Sequence record: NC_028927.1
Source: Escherichia phage slur02
Reading direction: 5' to 3' (one strand)
DNA length: 64,000 nucleotides
The position numbers and the translations under genes are program-made. This document shows positions 50,201 to 64,000 of this stretch, piece by piece. The notes under the pieces were generated by a model, which worked only from the letters and a program-made list of their open reading frames with translations, was not told where the DNA came from and did not search any database. Position 1 is the first letter of the stretch. Each line of letters starts with the position of its first letter.

Positions 50201-50364
50201 AAGGTCAATTGCCGTCTGAACGACGTAAATTAATGAGTCCTTTATTTGATGCATCTGGAACAACATTTGCGCAATTTAGAGATTTAGTTAATAAACGTCT
50301 AAAAGACAATATAGGAAATCCAAGAGACCCTGAAAATCCAACACAGGTTAAAATAGATGAATGA
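47266..50364 (+). CDS. 7: Baseplate wedge protein gp7
   Basis: 1032 aa; size and order as T4. Confidence 0.85.
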   Translation: MTVKAPSVTSLRISKLSANQVQVRWDDVGANFYYFVEIAETKTDSGENLPSNQYRWINLGYTANNSFFFDDADPLTSYIIRVATAAQDFEQSDWIYTEEFETFATNAYTFQNMIEMQLANKFIQEKFTLNNSDYVNFNNDTIMAALMNESFQFSPSYVDVSSISNFIIGENEYHEIQGSIQQVCKDINRVYLMESEGILYLFERYQPVVKVSNDKGQTWKAVKLFNDRVGYPLSKTVYYQSANTTYVLGYDKIFYGRKSTDVRWSADDVRFSSQDITFAKLGDQLHLGFDVEIFATYATLPANVYRIAEAITCTDDYIYVVARDKVRYIKTSNAPIDSDPLSPTYSERLFEPDTMTITGNPKAVCYKMDSIGDKVFALIIGEVETLNANPRTSKIIDSADKGIYVLNHDEKTWKRVFGNTEEERRRIQPGYANMSTDGKLVSLSSSNFKFLSDNVVNDTETAAKYQLIGAVKYEFPREWLADKHYHMMAFIADEKSDWETFTPQPMKYYAEPFFNWSKKSNTRCWINNSDRVVVVYADLKYTKVIENIPETSPDRLVHEYWDDGDCTIVMPNVKFTGFKKYASGMLFYKASGEIISYYDFNYRVRDTVEIIWKPTEVFLKAFLQNQEHETPWSPEEERGLADPDLRPLIGTMMPDSYLLQDSNFEAFCEAYIQYLSDGYGTQYNNLRNLIRNKYPREEHAWEYLWSEIYKRNIYLNADKRDAVARFFESRSYDFYSTKGIEASYKFLFKVLYNEEVEIEIESGAGTEYDIIVQSDSLTEDLVGQTIYTATGRCNVTYIERSYSNGKLQWTVTIHNLLGRLIAGQEVKAERLPSFEGEIIRGVKGKDLLQNNIDYINRSRSYYVMKIKSNLPSSRWKSDVIRFVHPVGFGFIAITLLTMFINVGLTLKHTETIINKYKNYKWDSGLPTEYADRVAKLTPAGEIEHDSVTGEAIYEPGPMAGVEYPLPDDYNAENNNSIFQGQLPSERRKLMSPLFDASGTTFAQFRDLVNKRLKDNIGNPRDPENPTQVKIDE

Positions 50365-51361
50365 TTCAAGTGTTATCTATCGTGCGATAGTTACTTCAAA
50401 ATTTAGAACAGAAAAAATGTTGAATTTTTATAATTCAATTGGAAGTGGTCCGGATAAAAACACTATCTTTATCACATTTGGAAGATCAGAACCGTGGTCA
50501 TCAAATGAAAATGAGGTGGGCTTTGCCCCACCTTATCCAACCGATTCTGTATTAGGCGTAACTGACATGTGGACGCATATGATGGGAACAGTAAAGGTTC
50601 TTCCATCAATGCTTGATGCTGTTATTCCTCGCAGAGATTGGGGAGATACTAGATATCCGGATCCATACACATTTAGAATTAACGATATTGTAGTGTGTAA
50701 CTCAGCTCCTTACAACGCTACTGAATCTGGCGCGGGTTGGTTAGTGTATCGTTGTTTAGATGTTCCTGATACCGGAATGTGTTCAATAGCATCTTTAACT
50801 GATAAGGATGAATGCCTTAAATTAGGCGGAAAATGGACACCTTCTGTTAGGTCAATGACTCCTCCTGAAGGTCGAGGAGATGCTGAAGGAACAATTGAAC
50901 CTGGGGACGGATATGTTTGGGAATATCTTTTTGAGATTCCGCCTGATGTATCTATAAATAGATGCACGAATGAATATATCGTGGTTCCTTGGCCTGAGGA
51001 ATTAAAAGAAGACCCGACTAGATGGGGATATGAAGATAATCTCACTTGGCAACAAGATGATTTTGGATTAATTTACCGTGTTAAGGCAAATACTATCCGT
51101 TTTAAAGCATATTTAGATTCAGTTTATTTTCCTGAAGCTGCATTGCCAGGAAATAAAGGATTTAGACAAATATCAATAATCACGAATCCTCTTGAAGCTA
51201 AAGCTCATCCAAATGACCCAAACGTTAAAGCTGAAAAGGATTATTATGACCCAGAAGATTTAATGAGGCATTCGGGTGAAATGATTTATATGGAAAATAG
51301 GCCACCTATTATTATGGCAATGGATCAGACAGAAGAAATCAATATTCTGTTTACATTTTAA
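50357..51361 (+). CDS. 8: Baseplate wedge protein gp8
   Basis: 334 aa; followed by terminator hairpin at 51367-51389. Confidence 0.85.
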   Translation: MNDSSVIYRAIVTSKFRTEKMLNFYNSIGSGPDKNTIFITFGRSEPWSSNENEVGFAPPYPTDSVLGVTDMWTHMMGTVKVLPSMLDAVIPRRDWGDTRYPDPYTFRINDIVVCNSAPYNATESGAGWLVYRCLDVPDTGMCSIASLTDKDECLKLGGKWTPSVRSMTPPEGRGDAEGTIEPGDGYVWEYLFEIPPDVSINRCTNEYIVVPWPEELKEDPTRWGYEDNLTWQQDDFGLIYRVKANTIRFKAYLDSVYFPEAALPGNKGFRQISIITNPLEAKAHPNDPNVKAEKDYYDPEDLMRHSGEMIYMENRPPIIMAMDQTEEINILFTF

Positions 51362-51366
51362 ATTAA

Positions 51367-51389
51367 GGGAGCCCATGGGCTCCCTTTTT
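51367..51389 (+). terminator. Rho-independent terminator after gene 8
   Basis: GGGAGCC-CATG-GGCTCCC then TTTTTCTTT. Confidence 0.65.
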
Positions 51390-51392
51390 CTT

Positions 51393-51400
51393 TATAAATA
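51393..51400 (+). promoter_or_regulatory. Late promoter of gene 9
   Basis: TATAAATA 25 nt upstream of ATG. Confidence 0.6.
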
Positions 51401-51424
51401 CTATAAACTCATAAGGAAACCGCT

Positions 51425-52291
51425 ATGTTCATTCAAGAACCAAAGAAATTGATTGATACCGGCGAAATTGGTAACGCTTCTACTGGTGATATCTTATTCG
51501 ACGGTGGTAATAAAATTAATAGTGATTTTAATGCAATTTATAATGCGTTTGGCGATCAACGTAAAATGGCAGTAGCAAATGGCACCGGAGCAGATGGTCA
51601 AATTATCCATGCTACTGGATATTATCAAAAACACTCTATTGCTGAGTATGCAACTCCAGTAAAAGTTGGCACTAGACATGATATTGATACCTCTACTGTA
51701 GGTGTTAAAGTTATCATTGAAAGAGGAGAACTTGGCGATTGTGTTGAATTCATTAATTCTAATGGATCAATATCAGTTACTAATCCTTTAACGATTCAGG
51801 CTATTGATTCAATTAAAGGTGTTTCAGGTAATTTGGTAGTAACTACTCCATATAGTAAAGTTACTTTACGCTGTATTTCATCTGATAATTCTACGTCGGT
51901 TTGGAATTATTCTATTGAAAGCATGTTTGGTCAAAAGGAATCACCAGTTGAAGGTACGTGGAATATTTCTACATCTGGATCAGTTGACATTCCATTGTTT
52001 CATCGCACTGAATATAACATGGCTAAATTGTTAGTTACATGCCAGTCAGCAGATGGAAGAAAAATTAAAACAGCAGAAATAAATATTCTTGTGGATATTG
52101 TTAATTCAGAGGTCATTTCTTCTGAATATGCTGTCATGCGAGTTGGGAATGAAACCGAAGAAGACGAAATCGCTAATATTGCATTTAGTATTAAAGAAAA
52201 TTATGTAACGGCGACTATAAGTTCTTCAACTGTCGGTATGAGAGCAGCAGTTAAAGTTATCGCTACGCAGAAAATCGGGGTGGCTCAATAA
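51425..52291 (+). CDS. 9: Baseplate protein gp9 (long tail fibre socket)
   Basis: 288 aa; TATAAATA at 51393-51400. Confidence 0.85.
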   Translation: MFIQEPKKLIDTGEIGNASTGDILFDGGNKINSDFNAIYNAFGDQRKMAVANGTGADGQIIHATGYYQKHSIAEYATPVKVGTRHDIDTSTVGVKVIIERGELGDCVEFINSNGSISVTNPLTIQAIDSIKGVSGNLVVTTPYSKVTLRCISSDNSTSVWNYSIESMFGQKESPVEGTWNISTSGSVDIPLFHRTEYNMAKLLVTCQSADGRKIKTAEINILVDIVNSEVISSEYAVMRVGNETEEDEIANIAFSIKENYVTATISSSTVGMRAAVKVIATQKIGVAQ

Positions 52292-54099
52292 TGAAACAAA
52301 ATATTAATATCGGTAATGTTGTAGATGATGGTACCGGTGACTACCTGCGTAAAGGTGGTATAAAAATAAATGAAAACTTTGATGAGCTTTATTACGAGCT
52401 TGGTGACGGTGATGTTCCATATTCAGCTGGTGCCTGGAAAACTTATAATGCTTCATCAGGACAAACATTAACAGCAGAATGGGGAAAATCATACGCTATT
52501 AATACATCTTCTGGAAGAGTGACTATAAATCTTCCAAAGGGTACAGTTAATGATTACAACAAGGTAATTAGAGCTAGAGACGTATTTGCTACATGGAACG
52601 TCAACCCAGTTACACTAGTAGCTGCTTCCGGCGATACGATTAAAGGGTCTGCAGTACCAGTTGAAATTAATGTTCAATTCAGCGATTTAGAACTAGTGTA
52701 TTGTGCCCCAGGACGTTGGGAATATGTCAAAAATAAACAAATTGACAAAATTACCAGTTCAGACATTAGTAATGTAGCTCGTAAAGAATTTTTAGTCGAA
52801 GTCCAAGGACAAACGGACTTTTTAGATGTTTTCCGTGGAACTAGTTATAATGTAAATAACATCAGAGTAAAACATCGCGGTAACGAATTGTATTACGGTG
52901 ACGTGTTTAGCGAAAACAGCGATTTTGGCTCTCCAGGTGAAAATGAAGGAGAACTGGTTCCTCTTGATGGATTTAATATTCGATTAAGACAGCCTTGTAA
53001 TATTGGTGACACTGTTCAAATTGAAACATTTATGGATGGTGTATCGCAGTGGAGAAGTTCATATACAAGACGTCAAATTAGATTGTTAGATTCAAAATTA
53101 ACGTCAAAAACTTCTTTAGAAGGAAGCATTTACGTTACTGATTTATCAACAATGAAATCAATTCCATTTTCTGCTTTTGGATTAATTCCAGGAGAACCTA
53201 TTAATCCCAACTCTCTTGAGGTTCGTTTTAATGGGATTTTGCAGGAATTGGCTGGAACAGTTGGAATGCCATTATTTCATTGTGTTGGTGCCGATTCAGA
53301 CGATGAAGTAGAATGCTCTGTTTTAGGTGGAACTTGGGAACAATCTCATACCGATTATTCAGTTGAAACTGATGAAAACGGCATACCGGAAATTTTACAT
53401 TTCGATAGAGTATTTGAGCATGGTGACATTATCAATATCACCTGGTTTAATAATGATTTGGGTACATTATTAACGAAAGATGAGATTATTGATGAAACTG
53501 ATAATCTCTATGTATCGCAAGGACCAGGGGTAGATATTTCAGGTGATGTAAATTTAACAGACTTCGATAAAATTGGTTGGCCAAATGTAGAAGCAGTTCA
53601 ATCTTATCAACGCGAATTTAATGCTGTTTCAAATATCTTTGATACGATTTATCCTATTGGAACTATATATGAAAACGCTGTTAATCCAAACAACCCTGTT
53701 ACATATATGGGATTCGGCTCATGGAAATTATTTGGGCAAGGAAAAGTTTTAGTTGGATGGAATGAAGATATTTCGGACCCTAACTTTGCTCTAAATAACA
53801 ACGATTTAGATTCGGGTGGAAATCCTTCACATACTGCAGGTGGAACAGGCGGTTCTACTTCTGTTACATTGGAAAATGCTAATCTTCCTGCAACTGAAAC
53901 AGATGAAGAAGTTCTAATAGTTGATGAAAATGGATCAGTCATTGTTGGTGGGTGTCAATACGATCCAGATGAATCCGGTCCAATTTACACTAAATACCGT
54001 GAAGCTAAAGCATCTACTAACTCTACTCACACTCCGCCAACATCAATAACTAACATTCAACCATATATTACAGTTTATCGTTGGATAAGGATTGCATAA
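52291..54099 (+). CDS. 10: Baseplate protein gp10
   Basis: 602 aa; size and order as T4. Confidence 0.85.
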   Translation: MKQNINIGNVVDDGTGDYLRKGGIKINENFDELYYELGDGDVPYSAGAWKTYNASSGQTLTAEWGKSYAINTSSGRVTINLPKGTVNDYNKVIRARDVFATWNVNPVTLVAASGDTIKGSAVPVEINVQFSDLELVYCAPGRWEYVKNKQIDKITSSDISNVARKEFLVEVQGQTDFLDVFRGTSYNVNNIRVKHRGNELYYGDVFSENSDFGSPGENEGELVPLDGFNIRLRQPCNIGDTVQIETFMDGVSQWRSSYTRRQIRLLDSKLTSKTSLEGSIYVTDLSTMKSIPFSAFGLIPGEPINPNSLEVRFNGILQELAGTVGMPLFHCVGADSDDEVECSVLGGTWEQSHTDYSVETDENGIPEILHFDRVFEHGDIINITWFNNDLGTLLTKDEIIDETDNLYVSQGPGVDISGDVNLTDFDKIGWPNVEAVQSYQREFNAVSNIFDTIYPIGTIYENAVNPNNPVTYMGFGSWKLFGQGKVLVGWNEDISDPNFALNNNDLDSGGNPSHTAGGTGGSTSVTLENANLPATETDEEVLIVDENGSVIVGGCQYDPDESGPIYTKYREAKASTNSTHTPPTSITNIQPYITVYRWIRIA

Positions 54100-54758
54100 T
54101 GAGTTTACTTAATAATAAAGCGGGAGTTATTTCCCGCTTAGCCGATTTTCTTGGTTTTAGACCTAAAGCTGGTAATATAGATGTAATGAATCGTCAATCA
54201 GTTGGGTCAGTGACAATTTCTCAATTAGCGAAAGGATTTTATGAACCAAACGTAGAATCAGCTATTAATGACGTTCATAATTTTTCTATAAAAGACGTTG
54301 GTACAATTATTACTAATAAAACTGGTGTTTCTCCTGAAGGTGTTTCTCAAACTGATTATTGGGCATTTTCTGGAACTGTAACAGACGATTCTCTTCCTCC
54401 TGGTTCGCCTGTTACGGTATTAGTATTTGGTCTTCCAGTTTCAGCAACAACTGGAATGACGGCAATTGAGTTTGTTGCAAAAGTTCGTGTTGCCCTTCAA
54501 GAAGCTATTGCGTCATTTACTGCTATCAACTCATATAAAGACCATCCAACAGATGGTAGTAAATTAGAAGTTACTTATTTAGATAATCAAAAACATGTAT
54601 TAAGCACATATTCTACATATGGAATAACTATTTCGCAGGAAATTATTTCTGAGTCTAAACCTGGCTACGGTACATGGAATTTATTAGGCGCACAAACTGT
54701 AACTTTAGATAATCAGCAGACTCCTACAGTATTTTATCATTTTGAGAGAACAGCATGA
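54099..54758 (+). CDS. 11: Baseplate protein gp11
   Basis: 219 aa from [14 protein letters not shown]; ORF track adds 6 residues. Confidence 0.85.
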   Translation: MSLLNNKAGVISRLADFLGFRPKAGNIDVMNRQSVGSVTISQLAKGFYEPNVESAINDVHNFSIKDVGTIITNKTGVSPEGVSQTDYWAFSGTVTDDSLPPGSPVTVLVFGLPVSATTGMTAIEFVAKVRVALQEAIASFTAINSYKDHPTDGSKLEVTYLDNQKHVLSTYSTYGITISQEIISESKPGYGTWNLLGAQTVTLDNQQTPTVFYHFERTA

Positions 54759-56338
54759 GTAATAATACATATCAACACGTTTCTAATGAATCTCGTTATG
54801 TAAAATTTGATCCAACTGGTACAAATTTTCCGGAAGAGATTACTGATGTTCAGGCTGCTATAGCAGCCATTTCTCCTGCTGGCGTAAATGGAGTTCCTGA
54901 TGCATCGTCAACAACAAAGGGAATTTTATTTCTTGCCACTGAACAGGAAGTTATAGATGGAACTAATAATACCAAAGCAGTTACACCAGCAACGTTGGCA
55001 ACAAGATTATCATATCCAAACGCAACTGAAACTGTTTACGGATTAACAAGATATTCAACCAATGATGAAGCCATTGCCGGAGTTAATAACGAATCTTCTA
55101 TAACTCCGGCTAAATTTACTACAGCAATTAATCACATTTTTGATACACGAATTTCTTCTGAAAGTTCACTTGGCGTTATTAAGTTATCATCTCTACCGCA
55201 AGCATTAGCTGGTGCAGATGATACTACTGCAATGACTCCATTAAAAACGCAGCAGTTAGCTATTAAATTAATTGCGCAAATTGCTCCTTCTGAAACCACA
55301 GCTACCGAATCGGACCAAGGTGTTGTTCAATTAGCAACAGTAGCGCAGGTTCGTCAGGGAACTTTAAGAGAAGGCTATGCAATTTCTCCTTATACGTTTA
55401 TGAATTCATCTGCTACTGAAGAATATAAAGGCGTAATTAAATTAGGAACACAGTCAGAAGTTAACTCGAATAATGCTTCTGTTGCTGTTACTGGTGCAAC
55501 TCTTAATGGTCGTGGTTCTACAACGTCAATGAGAGGCGTAGTTAAATTAACTACAACTGCCGGCTCACAGAGTGGAGGTGATGCTTCATCAGCACTAGCT
55601 TGGAATGCTGACGTTATCCATCAAAGAGGCGGTCAAACTATTAATGGAACACTCCGCATTAATAACACGCTTACAATAGCTTCAGGTGGAGCAAATATTA
55701 CCGGAACAGTTAACATGACCGGTGGTTATATTCAAGGTAAGCGTGTCGTAACACAAAATGAAATTGATAGAACTATTCCTGTCGGAGCTATTATGATGTG
55801 GGCCGCTGATAGTCTTCCTAGTGATGCTTGGCGTTTTTGCCACGGTGGAACTGTTTCAGCATCAGATTGTCCATTATATGCTTCTAGAATTGGAACAAGA
55901 TACGGCGGAAGTTCATCAAATCCTGGATTACCTGATATGCGTGGTCTTTTTGTTCGCGGCTCTGGTCGTGGCTCTCACTTAACAAATCCAAATGTTAATG
56001 GTAATGACCAGTTTGGTAAGCCTAGATTAGGTGTAGGTTGTACTGGTGGATATGTTGGTGAAGTACAAAAACAGCAGATGTCTTATCATAAACATGCTGG
56101 TGGATTTGGTGAGCATGATGATTCTGGAGCATTCGGTAATACCCGTAGATCAAATTTTGTTGGTACACGTAAAGGACTTGACTGGGATAACCGTTCATAC
56201 TTCACCAATGACGGATATGAAATTGACCCGGCATCACAACGAAATTCCAAATATACATTAAATCGTCCTGAATTAATTGGAAATGAAACACGTCCATGGA
56301 ACATTTCTTTAAACTACATAATTAAGGTAAAAGAATGA
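54755..56338 (+). CDS. 12: Short tail fibre gp12
   Basis: 527 aa; size and order as T4. Confidence 0.9.
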   Translation: MSNNTYQHVSNESRYVKFDPTGTNFPEEITDVQAAIAAISPAGVNGVPDASSTTKGILFLATEQEVIDGTNNTKAVTPATLATRLSYPNATETVYGLTRYSTNDEAIAGVNNESSITPAKFTTAINHIFDTRISSESSLGVIKLSSLPQALAGADDTTAMTPLKTQQLAIKLIAQIAPSETTATESDQGVVQLATVAQVRQGTLREGYAISPYTFMNSSATEEYKGVIKLGTQSEVNSNNASVAVTGATLNGRGSTTSMRGVVKLTTTAGSQSGGDASSALAWNADVIHQRGGQTINGTLRINNTLTIASGGANITGTVNMTGGYIQGKRVVTQNEIDRTIPVGAIMMWAADSLPSDAWRFCHGGTVSASDCPLYASRIGTRYGGSSSNPGLPDMRGLFVRGSGRGSHLTNPNVNGNDQFGKPRLGVGCTGGYVGEVQKQQMSYHKHAGGFGEHDDSGAFGNTRRSNFVGTRKGLDWDNRSYFTNDGYEIDPASQRNSKYTLNRPELIGNETRPWNISLNYIIKVKE

Positions 56339-57798
56339 CAGATATTGTACTGAATGACTTACCATTCGTTGACGGCCCTCCTACAGAGGGCCAGAGCCGC
56401 ATTTCCTGGATTAAAAACGGCGAAGAAATATTAGGAGCTGACACACAGTATGGAAGCGAAGGTTCAATGAATAGACCTACAGTTTCTGTACTAAGAAATG
56501 TTGAAGTTCTTGATAAAAACATTGGAATACTTAAAACATCTTTAGAAACCGCAAATAGTGATATTAAAACCATCCAGGGCATCTTAGATGTATCTGGTGA
56601 TATAGAAGCTTTAGCACAAATAAGTATCAATAAAAAGGATATTTCTGATCTCAAAACGCTAACCAGTGAACATACAGAAATATTAAATGGAACTAATAGT
56701 ACTGTTGACAGCATTCTTGTTGATATTGGTCCATTTAACTCCGAGGCCAACTCTGTATACAGAACGATCAGAAATGATTTACTGTGGATAAAGCGTGAAC
56801 TTGGACAATACACTGGTCAAGATATTAATGGTCTTCCTGTTGTAGGAAATCCTAGTAGTGGAATGAAGCATCGCATTATTAATAATACTGATGTCATTAC
56901 TTCACAGGGAATACGTTTAAGTGAATTAGAAACAAAATTTATTGAATCTGATGTAGGTTCTTTGACCATTGAAGTTGGTAATCTTCGCGAAGAGCTTGGA
57001 CCGAAACCACCGTCTTTTTCACAAAACATTTACAGCCGCTTAAATGAAATTGACACTAAACAGACAACAGTTGAGTCTGACATTAGTGCTATTAAGACCT
57101 CAATAGGATATCCAGGAAATAATTCGATTATTACGAGTGTTAATACAAACACTGATAATATTGCATCTATTAATTTAGAGCTAAATCAAAGTGGAGGTAT
57201 TAAACAGCGTTTAACCGTTATTGAAACTTCTATTGGTTCAGATGATATTCCTTCGAGTATTAAAGGCCAAATCAAAGATAATACAACTTCAATCGAATCT
57301 TTAAATGGAATCGTCGGTGAAAACACTTCATCTGGTTTAAGAGCGAATGTTTCGTGGTTAAACCAAATTGTTGGAACTGATTCTAGCGGTGGACAACCTT
57401 CTCCTCCTGGGTCTCTTTTAAACCGAGTTTCTACAATTGAAACTTCTGTTTCAGGCTTGAATAATGATGTTCAAAACCTACAAGTAGAGATTGGTAATAA
57501 CAGCACAGGAATTAAAGGGCAAGTTGTAGCGTTAAATACTTTAGTAAATGGAACTAATCCAAACGGTTCAACTGTTGAAGAACGCGGATTAACCAATTCA
57601 ATAAAAGCTAACGAAACCAACATTGCATCAGTTACACAAGAAGTGAATACAGCTAAAGGCAATATATCTTCTTTACAAGGCGATGTTCAAGCTCTCCAAG
57701 AAGCCGGTTATATTCCTGAAGCTCCAAAAGATGGCCAAGCTTACGTTCGTAAAGACGGCGAATGGGTATTACTTTCTACCTTTTTATCACCAGCATAA
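56335..57798 (+). CDS. wac: Fibritin (whisker antigen control)
   Basis: 487 aa; long coiled-coil segments; C-terminal foldon [27 protein letters not shown]. Confidence 0.9.
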   Translation: MTDIVLNDLPFVDGPPTEGQSRISWIKNGEEILGADTQYGSEGSMNRPTVSVLRNVEVLDKNIGILKTSLETANSDIKTIQGILDVSGDIEALAQISINKKDISDLKTLTSEHTEILNGTNSTVDSILVDIGPFNSEANSVYRTIRNDLLWIKRELGQYTGQDINGLPVVGNPSSGMKHRIINNTDVITSQGIRLSELETKFIESDVGSLTIEVGNLREELGPKPPSFSQNIYSRLNEIDTKQTTVESDISAIKTSIGYPGNNSIITSVNTNTDNIASINLELNQSGGIKQRLTVIETSIGSDDIPSSIKGQIKDNTTSIESLNGIVGENTSSGLRANVSWLNQIVGTDSSGGQPSPPGSLLNRVSTIETSVSGLNNDVQNLQVEIGNNSTGIKGQVVALNTLVNGTNPNGSTVEERGLTNSIKANETNIASVTQEVNTAKGNISSLQGDVQALQEAGYIPEAPKDGQAYVRKDGEWVLLSTFLSPA

Positions 57799-57801
57799 CA
57801 T

Positions 57802-57817
57802 GGGGCCGCAAGGCCCC
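57802..57817 (+). terminator. Hairpin after wac
   Basis: GGGGCC-GCAA-GGCCCC; no U-run, probably a processing/stability hairpin. Confidence 0.35.
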
Positions 57818-57829
57818 AAAGGATTTTAA

Positions 57830-59531
<1,702 letters not shown>

Positions 59532-59572
59532 TAAATATTATAAACTAATTAAAGCCCAGATTAGGAGAAATC

Positions 59573-62713
<3,141 letters not shown>

Positions 62714-62741
62714 TATTAAAGCATATTAAAGAGGATTAAAA

Positions 62742-64000
62742 ATGACTTTATTATCTCCGGGCATTGAGCTCAAAGAAACTACGGTTCAAAGCACCGTGGT
62801 TAATAACTCTACTGGTACAGCAGCTTTGGCCGGTAAATTCCAGTGGGGTCCTGCTTTTCAAATTAAACAGGTTACAAATGAAGTAGATTTAGTTAATACT
62901 TTTGGTCAACCTACAGCTGAAACTGCTGACTATTTTATGTCTGCAATGAATTTCTTACAATACGGAAATGATTTGCGAGTTGTGCGTGCTGTCGATAGAG
63001 ATACCGCTAAAAACTCATCTCCGATTGCCGGTAATATTGAATACACTATTTCTACCCCAGGTAGTAACTACGCGGTTGGAGATAAAATCACTGTTAAGTA
63101 TGTTTCAGAAGATGTTGAAACAGAAGGTAAAATTACTGAAGTAGATGCTGATGGAAAAATTAAGAAAATTAATATTCCTACCGCAAAAATTATCGCTAAA
63201 GCGAAAGAAGTAGGCGAATATCCAGCATTAGGTTCTAACTGGACTGCGGAAATTTCTTCGTCTTCCTCTGGTTTAGCTGCAGTAATAACTCTTGGAAAAA
63301 TTATTACTGATTCTGGTATTTTATTAGCTGAAATTGAAAATGCCGAAGCTGCTATGACAGCTGTTGACTTTCAAGCAAATCTCGAAAAATATGGAATTCC
63401 AGGAGTAGTAGCTCTTTATCCAGGCGAGTTGGGCGATAAAATCGAAATTGAAATCGTATCTAAAGCTGACTACGCAAAAGGTGCTTCTGCATTACTCCCA
63501 ATTTATCCAGGTGGCGGAACACGCGCATCTACTGCCAAAGCAGTGTTTGGATATGGACCACAAACTGATTCACAATACGCTATTATAGTTCGTCGCAATG
63601 ATGCTATTGTTCAAAGCGTTGTTCTTTCAACGAAGCGTGGTGAAAAAGATATTTACGATAGTAACATCTATATTGATGACTTTTTCGCAAAAGGTGGTTC
63701 AGAATATATTTTCGCAACTGCACAAAACTGGCCAGAAGGCTTCTCTGGAATTTTAACTCTGTCTGGTGGTTTATCATCAAATGCTGAAGTAACAGCAGGA
63801 GATTTGATGGAAGCTTGGGACTTCTTTGCTGACCGCGAATCTGTTGATGTTCAGTTGTTTATTGCGGGTTCTTGTGCCGGTGAATCTTTAGAAACAGCAT
63901 CTACTGTCCAAAAACACGTCGTTTCAATTGGTGATGCTCGTCAAGATTGCTTAGTATTGTGCTCACCACCACGTGAAACTGTAGTTGGAATTCCTGTAAC
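62742..64000 (+). CDS. 18: Tail sheath protein gp18, N-terminal part (runs off window)
   Basis: ATG at 62742 after TATAAATA at 62706-62713; reads MTLLSPGIELKETTVQSTVVNNSTG; open to window end. Confidence 0.9.
   Translation, partial: MTLLSPGIELKETTVQSTVVNNSTGTAALAGKFQWGPAFQIKQVTNEVDLVNTFGQPTAETADYFMSAMNFLQYGNDLRVVRAVDRDTAKNSSPIAGNIEYTISTPGSNYAVGDKITVKYVSEDVETEGKITEVDADGKIKKINIPTAKIIAKAKEVGEYPALGSNWTAEISSSSSGLAAVITLGKIITDSGILLAEIENAEAAMTAVDFQANLEKYGIPGVVALYPGELGDKIEIEIVSKADYAKGASALLPIYPGGGTRASTAKAVFGYGPQTDSQYAIIVRRNDAIVQSVVLSTKRGEKDIYDSNIYIDDFFAKGGSEYIFATAQNWPEGFSGILTLSGGLSSNAEVTAGDLMEAWDFFADRESVDVQLFIAGSCAGESLETASTVQKHVVSIGDARQDCLVLCSPPRETVVGIPV

Overview
This window reads as a T-even (T4-like, Tequatrovirus-type) phage genome segment. 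Identification rests on my recollection of T4 protein sequences, lengths and gene order; no database search was possible. Coordinates 1-42106 are a minus-strand early/middle region: recombination genes 46/47, alpha-glucosyltransferase, late sigma factor gp55, the anaerobic ribonucleotide reductase set (nrdH, nrdG, nrdD), endonuclease VII, nrdC, a long run of small accessory ORFs, rI, tk, regB, denV, internal-protein genes, lysozyme e, nudE, an 11-gene tRNA cluster, 57B/57A and genes 1, 3, 2, 4. Coordinates 42154-64000 are the plus-strand late morphogenesis block: baseplate genes 53, 5, 5.1, 5.4, 6-11, short tail fibre 12, fibritin wac, neck 13/14, gene 15, terminase 16/17 and the start of sheath gene 18. 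CDS coordinates come from the supplied ORF track; several were trimmed at the 5' end because the track extends ORFs through promoter sequence. No CRISPR array, transposase, homing-endonuclease gene or intron was seen. The most interesting material is in the accessory regions: a candidate internal-protein cassette bracketed by a perfect 36-bp direct repeat, an AAA+ ATPase / Pol-beta nucleotidyltransferase gene pair, a macro-domain protein, four consecutive coiled-coil-tailed proteins, three tRNAs beyond the classical T4 set, and the anti-CBASS gene 57B (Acb1).
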